A stretch of 64,000 nt of DNA, taken from assembly GCF_006345805.1 (NCBI RefSeq), contig NC_043008.1, forward strand, positions 69,316,001-69,380,000, given 5' to 3'. The translations under genes were made by a program, and so were the position numbers. The stretch's first letter is position 1. Every line of letters begins with the position of its first letter. The notes under the pieces were generated by a model. That model was not told the DNA's origin, did not search any database, and worked only from the letters and a program-made list of their open reading frames with translations. The stretch is from Octopus sinensis (taxonomy: Eukaryota). Shown here one piece after another: positions 57,770-64,000 of the stretch.

Positions 57770-57900
57770 GTAAGATGAATATGAAACCTTACAGCGGTTT
57801 CTGGGATAACACATGTGTTTGGTTAGCATATCCGAGCACTGGGTATTCCGTCATCAGAGACAAGGTATGAAGATTTTAGACGGGGAAAATGTTCAGTTTA
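57770..57900 (-). ncRNA. Hammerhead-like motif in a PLE-type end
   Basis: Minus strand CTGATGA (57857-57851)...GAAAC (57801-57797)-CGCT-GTA; stem II imperfect. Confidence 0.5.
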
Positions 57901-58044
57901 TAAGGAATAAAATTTAGTTTATAAGGAATAAAATAGCAGAATGAAGTAGTTCAATACAAGTATAAAGTCTAAAAGTAGATAGAATAATATAGGCCGGAGA
58001 ATAATGTTCACAACTCGTCTTTTCCGGAGGATATGTATTTCTTT

Positions 58045-58253
58045 ATTGCCCACAAGGGGCTAAACATAGAGGGGACAAACAAAGGGATTAAGTCGATTAT
58101 ATCGACCCCAGTGCGTAACTGGTACTTTATTCATCGACTCCGAAAGGGATGAAAGGCAAAGTCGACCTCGGCGGAATTTGAACTCAGAACGTAACGGCAG
58201 ACGAAATACGGCTACGCATTTCGCCCGGCGTGCTAACGTTTCTGCCAGCTCGC
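58045..58253 (-). mobile_element. SINE family A, near-consensus
   Basis: Reverse-complement homology. Confidence 0.9.
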
Positions 58254-59004
58254 CTTGGTCGGTACTTCCATGAAGGTACAGGTTTTTAGTTAAAATCCTA
58301 TGTAAATCCATGCAGTATTTTGGCAGTATACTCAGTGATGTATTCATATTGTAAATGTGTATATAGAGCAAGAAAGTATGATGGACAGGAATGTGTTTTG
58401 TGAGTGGATGCATGTTGTGTGTAGTGAGAGAGAGAGAGAAAGAGAGAAAGAGAGAGAGAGAGAGGAAAAGGAATGAAAGAGAGACAGGAGAAAGGATTAG
58501 AATAGGATAGTGATTAAAGGGAAAAATAAGAATGAAATAAAAATAATAAAAGTCATAAAATAAAATAAGAGGTAATGACTGATATATCCTAATTGAGTTC
58601 TTTGACTGAGTGTGTACGGGAGAGAGGAGAAAGGGAATAAAATAAAATAAGACAGAGGTAACAGGGTAAAGATAAAACTTAATAAATAAAAGTAAAGGTT
58701 ACGATATGGATACGTCAGTATTGTATAGTGGTTAGAGGTTAAGCCTTAAATTTTCAATGGAGTGGGAGTGGAATGCCAATCTAGGCAAGGTCATGGGACA
58801 ATAGTTTAGTGAAAATATTTATGATTGTATTCCACGCTTCATAGCCATCAAATGACATGAAATAAAGGATTAAGAATTAAACTTAAAATTGAAAATTTAA
58901 ATTTAAAACCTAACACATACATATACATATATGCACTTAAGCATACATACAAGGCGCTCACATATACACACATACATATATAATACATACACTGACATAC
59001 ACAC

Positions 59005-59049
<45 letters not shown>

Positions 59050-59390
59050 TTTAACGACCGTAGATGGATGTGTTATGCGTGCAAATTTTGTTTGCATTTG
59101 GACCTATGGAAGAATTTAAAGGTGTGATAGAACTTATGACATGTAGAAAAAGCTTTGTTTTGTGTATTTAGTAATTGCGGTGAATTACGTATTAATATTT
59201 GAAAGGCTTCTTTTATTCATAATCCACAGGGGTGTAAACCAGAGAATCGATCTACCTCTGCATTTCTTTGGCAAAATAGTATAATCTATAGAATTTCTTA
59301 GAGGTGAGTTGTAGGCTTCATTGTTCTTTATCTGCTTGAGATTCGATCGAGTGTTATACGGGTGGGTCTAGGGCTGACGAAAGTGTTGTT
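59050..59390 (-). pseudogene. Degenerate Penelope-like ORF fragment
   Basis: Minus strand KKCRGRSILWFTP parallels RKNCIWFVIP of the 61.5-kb element. Confidence 0.45.
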
Positions 59391-59410
59391 TTTTTTTTTT
59401 AGTTTCCAAC

Positions 59411-59487
59411 AGGCCACTACGGGGAGAAGAACCCTCTACCTTTCAGATACCGGCTAAGCTCTCTTAACTATCAAGCTAAACGGCCCC
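59411..59487 (-). pseudogene. tRNA-like pseudogene or solo SINE head
   Basis: GGGCCGT...GTGGCCT acceptor-like stem, A-box-like TAGCTTGATAG, degenerate T-arm GGGTTCTTCTCCC. Confidence 0.4.
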
Positions 59488-59821
59488 TGACAAACAGTTA
59501 GCGTCAATTTTAATGCTAAATATTAGCATTTCGAACGTGAGAGCATTTTATAAACAAACTTTGGAAGCGCGTAATGTTTTGGTATTTTATAGAGAAGAAA
59601 GTCAGTTTCAAATGCAGTATAGTTGTGAAAACAGCAAAGATTAGGTATTTACCCTAAGAAGACGGAAAGCTTTAGATAGTCAATCTATCGTATTACTGAA
59701 GTTTCATCGAAAATCCGTGAATAACTGTGGTGTATATATGTGTATATATAATATATGTATATATATAATATATATATATATATATTATATATAATATATA
59801 TATATATATAATATATATATA

Positions 59822-59881
<60 letters not shown>

Positions 59882-60094
59882 ATCTATGTAGCAATGTATG
59901 TATATATATTCTCTATAAGCCTGGTGCTTTCTCTCGATCTCTTCTGCTGAACAGCTAGGTTGCAGGGACACAAACACACCACCATCATTTGTCAGCAATG
60001 GTGGTGGTGGGGACAAACAGATACAAACACACACGCACATGAGTATATACATACATACATGCATACATACGTACGTACATACATGCATACATAT

Positions 60095-60361
60095 CTATAT
60101 CACCGTGATCACCGTGACCAACAAGGCTATCAGATGTTGCTACACATCGCTGGTCACAATGCGCTCCGAATAACGCCATCCCGCTGGCTAAGCGAGCATG
60201 CCAATAGAAGAAATAGTGAGAGAAAGTTGTGGCGAAAGAGTACAGCAGTGATCGCCACAACCACTCGTGGAGATTTAGGTATTTTCGCTCAATAAACACA
60301 CAACGCCCGGTCTGGGAATCGAAACCGCGAGTCCGCTGCCATAACCACTGGGCCATTGCAC

Positions 60362-60362
<1 letters not shown>
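60095..60362 (-). mobile_element. tRNA-derived SINE, another family
   Basis: Minus strand GGTGCAATGGCCCAGTGGTTA A-box and GGTTTCGATTCCC B-box. Confidence 0.7.
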
Positions 60363-60408
<46 letters not shown>

Positions 60409-60605
60409 AGTAGGTGAATGAAATATCCTATGTTTATCGTCAGCATGGAAAATTCGTTTAACCGAAACCCGGGTAGCAAATTCACATAAAAAAACACGGT
60501 TGAAGCGACCTGTCAAGGGTAGAAACTCCGGGTTTATGTGTAGAAATTTGTGTGTTGTATATGAATAAATGAAAGAATGGAGTCGACCGAAGATGTTAAC
60601 AAAAT

Positions 60606-60700
60606 TCCTTTACTCTCGACACATGTTTCGAAGACAGCATATTTTCATTCCGAAGGAATAAAGGGTGCATTATGCAATCTTCTCATCAGAAAGAAAAGGA
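60606..60700 (-). ncRNA. Type I hammerhead ribozyme, left pLTR
   Basis: CTGATGA 60689-60683, GAAGA/TCTTC stem II, GAAA 60629-60626, C-ATGT-GTC; stem I is one nucleotide shorter than in the right copy. Confidence 0.8.
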
Positions 60701-61029
60701 GCCTCTCTCAACAAGACAAACAAAAATTTCGATGATTGCCTACAAGGTAACCAAAGCGATAATGAGTGTTTTTTTTTAAAATCCGTTATAAGCATTGACG
60801 TCAAAAATGGATAGTAGGAGTAAGTAAAAAATAGGTAGGGGACAGTTTGTTTGCAGTATGTATGGAAATGTGTGGGTGTGTGCTTGTGTTAATGAGTGCG
60901 AGTGTTTGTGGGTGTGTGCTTGTGTTAATGAGTGCGAGTGTTTGTGTGTGTGTGTGTGTATGTGTGTGTGTGTATATAACTGCATTTGTGTCTGTGTGTG
61001 TGATTGTGTGTGTGTGAGAGAGACATGCG

Positions 61030-61540
61030 CTTATCTCCCCTAGTCCGTAAAGGATTTATTTTATGTACAGGGGTTCTGGCACTATTAGAATTGAAATCAT
61101 TATTCTTATTACAAGTAACTTTACTATCTTGAGAAGCAGATGCTGGTTTAGAATGAGCTGGGTCGATGTATGACACTTTTTCCTTATAACAAGGCGGCGT
61201 TATAGAATTCTGCTTTTTGGTTAAAGATGTCGACATTAGCAGATAATTTGGACAGTCTCAGAGATATGTTTTTAACTAAATTATCGGTAATTGGCTTGGC
61301 ATGATTACTGAAAATGCTGATATACTTAAGATTAGTGGAAGGTTTATGATAAGGGAAGTATGAGTTATTCTGCAGATTGAGGGTAATGTCCAAGAAGTTG
61401 GCTTTAGTTAATTCATCGTCAAAAACTATGCGCAAGCCCATTCTACTAAAAAACCTAACTAATCTGTTCTTAACCTTCTGTATTTTTTGGTTCGAAGCGT
61501 TTTGGAGGTAAAGCAGACAATCGTCGCAAAAAAGACCTTC
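61030..61540 (-). pseudogene. Penelope-type reverse transcriptase, catalytic motif to thumb, 5'-truncated
   Basis: GLFCDDCLL (YxDD equivalent), NFLDITLNL, PYHKP..YISIFSNH, RLSKLS..IFN..FYNAAL. Confidence 0.9.
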
Positions 61541-62478
61541 CCGAAAAACTGTATCTGGTTTGTAATACCTTTCGGAAAACAAATCCAATCGAACCTTCCC
61601 TTACAGTTCTGCGAAGCCGTTGCTAGGAACTTTCCCAGTAACTCTAGATATCATTCTATTATCAATTCACACAAGGTAAGAATCGCTTTCTCTAACACTA
61701 GGAATCTTTCACAAATTATATCTTTCCATAATACCAAGCTGCTAAACAAAGTTTCTTCACCCAGGAGTTAAAACACCAATCTTACCAATTCCAACCCATC
61801 ATACAATCATAATAATAGAAATAGTATTGTTAGTACCAGCATTAATAGCAGCGATAGTGTTAACAATGATAATATTAATAACAGTATTAGTCGGGTTAAT
61901 AACATTGGTAGTGTTGATGGTAACAACAATAACGGTATTATTGTCGGTGATATTGCTGGTTGTAGTACAATTAATAATACTAATAATAATAGAAATAGTG
62001 TAGTTGTTAGCGCTAGTAATAATAAAAACAACAATCATAACAATAAAAACTTCGTCTTGATCTCGGAAGACAACCCTAACAATAAAATTTTTGTCTAGTA
62101 ATTCCAAAATTAAGAATTCCATTTACCAGTGTAGAATTTCTTCCGGTACCGATGTTTTCTTCTATATAGGAGCGTCCACTTCTCAGTTATCCAAGAGAGT
62201 TTCTAACCACTATTCGACATTCAGAGATAGGAAAAAACGACATAGTACAGGGCTAGGTAAATTAGTTTGGCGTCTTAAAGACAACGATATAACTTTCAAG
62301 TTGGATTGGTTCATATTGTTTGTATCCTTTCCTTTTGATAAGGGCAGGAGATTTTGTAACATTTGTAACTGAGCTCTTCCATATTCTTTTCGCTAAGGTT
62401 CCCCTAGTAAACACACTCATAGAAAAATCGTACAAATGTAAACATTGGCAGAAACACATTTTCTACTCATATAAATGA
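61541..62478 (+). pseudogene. Penelope ORF C-terminal part: post-thumb region, Asn-rich linker, GIY-YIG endonuclease
   Basis: KNCIWFVIPF..HKVRIAFSN..IISFHN; SIYQC..FYIGAST..KRVSNH..STF; LVWRLK..W..CNIC; after a frameshift TELFHIL..KCKH. Confidence 0.9.
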
Positions 62479-62932
62479 TAACGATAGTCACTGTGGTTTT
62501 AACAATTACCTTCACGTCCACACCACTGCTATAGAGAAATTCTTTCCTAAGCCTCCGAGCATTCTTTCAATCAACGTACACTTCCCCTTCCCTACCTATT
62601 ACTCCTTTATATATTCCTTTACTACTACCTACCTTTGACGTATGTCTATCTCTCACACACACAATCACACACACAGACACAAATGCAGTTATATACACAC
62701 ACACATACAGACACACACACACAAACACTCGCACTCATTAACACAAGCACCCACCCACACATTTCCATACATACAGCAAACATACTGTCCCCTACCTATT
62801 TTTTACTTCCTCCTACTATCCATTTTTGACGTCAATGCTTATAACGGATTTTTTAAAAAAACACTCATTATCGCTTTGGTTACCATGTAGGCAATCATCG
62901 AAATTTTTGTTTGTGTTGCTGTTGAGAGAGGC

Positions 62933-63028
62933 TCCTTTTCTTTCCTGATGAGAAGATTGCATAATGCACCCTTTATTCCGTCGGAATGAAAATATGCTGT
63001 CTTCGAAACAAGTGTCGAGAGTAAAGGA
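62933..63028 (+). ncRNA. Type I hammerhead ribozyme, right pLTR
   Basis: Stem I 62933-62944/63017-63028 (11 of 12 pairs), CTGATGA 62945-62951, stem II GAAGA/TCTTC, GAAA 63005-63008, GTC 63014-63016. Confidence 0.88.
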
Positions 63029-63067
63029 ATTTTGTTAACATCTTCGTTCGACTCCTTCTTTCATGTA

Positions 63068-63106
<39 letters not shown>

Positions 63107-63264
63107 GTATGTGTATTTTTCCAATGTGTACAAATAAAACACGGAAAAAGTAAATAAATAGTTACCTGGGTACCAAAAATTCACATAAGTGCCAAGGATG
63201 TTACAGCTTACTTATAAAGGTAAAAATTCCTGGGTTTAGTGAATTGTTTTTGAATACATAGATA

Positions 63265-63646
63265 AATTAAGAAATGGAGTTAAAAGCAAGTATTATTCAA
63301 ATCTTTATACTTTTGACATATGTTTCGAAGAAAACATTGGTATAATTCCTGAAGGAATAAAATGATATAAAACAATGTGATCATCAATAAGCCATTTTAA
63401 CCGATGGTGATTACCACGAATATGATGAAGGGGAAATCTAGCAAGTTACTTTTTAAAAAACCCTTAATAGATTTAACGTCAAAGGCAATTTAGAGAAAGG
63501 GAAGTTGGAGGAAAAAAGAAATTGACAGAAAATTAAGAGTAGAGAAATATAGTGCGATAGATGGGTGGAAATAAGCTTAAAAGCGTTTGACATATGTCGG
63601 AAATATAAAGATTTGAATAACACCTGCGTTTAACTCCATTTCTTAA

Positions 63647-63648
<2 letters not shown>
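63265..63648. mobile_element. Older related pLTR fragment with inverted end duplication
   Basis: 63265-63323 is the reverse complement of 63590-63648; minus strand carries TTGATGA...TTCGAAACATATGTC. Confidence 0.7.
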
Positions 63649-63684
<36 letters not shown>

Positions 63685-63687
<3 letters not shown>

Positions 63688-63900
63688 AGAGTTTCCGACA
63701 AGAACAAAAGACGGAGACACGTGGTGTACATACCAAACAGATGTATTAGTATAACGCTCAGGAAGAGAAAAAGTCTTTTACGTTTCGAGCCTACGCTCTT
63801 CTACACAAAGGGAACACAGAAAAAACAAGGAGAGAAACAAGGAGAGAAAAAAAGGTGAGAAAAAAAGGAGAGAAAAAAAGGAGAGAAAAACAAAGAGAGA
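63685..63900 (-). mobile_element. Short PLE-derived element with minimal hammerhead variant
   Basis: Minus strand A-GAGC-GTAG-GCTC-GAAAC-GTA-AAAGAC; same family as 57.3 kb. Confidence 0.65.
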
Positions 63901-64000
63901 AAGAAAGAAGAGAAAAAATGTGTATAGTGGCTAACGATCTAGGCTTGGAGGTTGTGGTGATGTTGGCTGGTGCGATTTTGTGGTTTGCTGGTATGCCGAG

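Larger units (their letters stand above)
60445..63075. mobile_element. Penelope-like retroelement with inverted terminal repeats (pLTRs) and internal inversion
   Basis: Inverted repeat 60558-61029 / 62639-63075, RT fragment on minus, thumb-linker-GIY-YIG on plus, hammerhead in each repeat. Confidence 0.9.

Noticed and set aside
62370-62372. TGA after CNICN as a possible selenocysteine codon (some Naiad PLEs are reported to be selenoproteins)
   Set aside because: The downstream homology (TELFHIL..KCKH) resumes in another frame, so the TGA is better explained by a small deletion in the C-x-x-C-x-TE motif

Overview
AT-rich eukaryotic non-coding DNA. The microsatellite density and the SINE/Penelope/mariner mix point to an octopod cephalopod (Octopus-like) genome; this is an inference. 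No intact host gene, rRNA, canonical tRNA or CRISPR array is supportable, and nearly all ORFs in the track are translations of (TA)n, (TAT)n, (GATA)n, (TACA)n or (CA)n repeats. The window is a transposon graveyard: three or more tRNA-derived SINE families (about 35 copies or fragments), four Tc1/mariner remnants, L1/Tx1, CR1 and RLE-type LINE fragments, MITE/Helitron-like elements and many Penelope-like element (PLE) pieces. The strongest signal is RNA-structural. About a dozen hammerhead-ribozyme (HHR) motifs sit in PLE-derived termini, several with an intact catalytic core. They include a 2.6-kb PLE (RT + GIY-YIG, 60.4-63.1 kb) with inverted HHR-bearing terminal repeats and an internal twin-priming-like inversion. 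Four separate fold-back structures are built from head-to-head HHR-bearing ends. All coordinates and pairings were read by eye.
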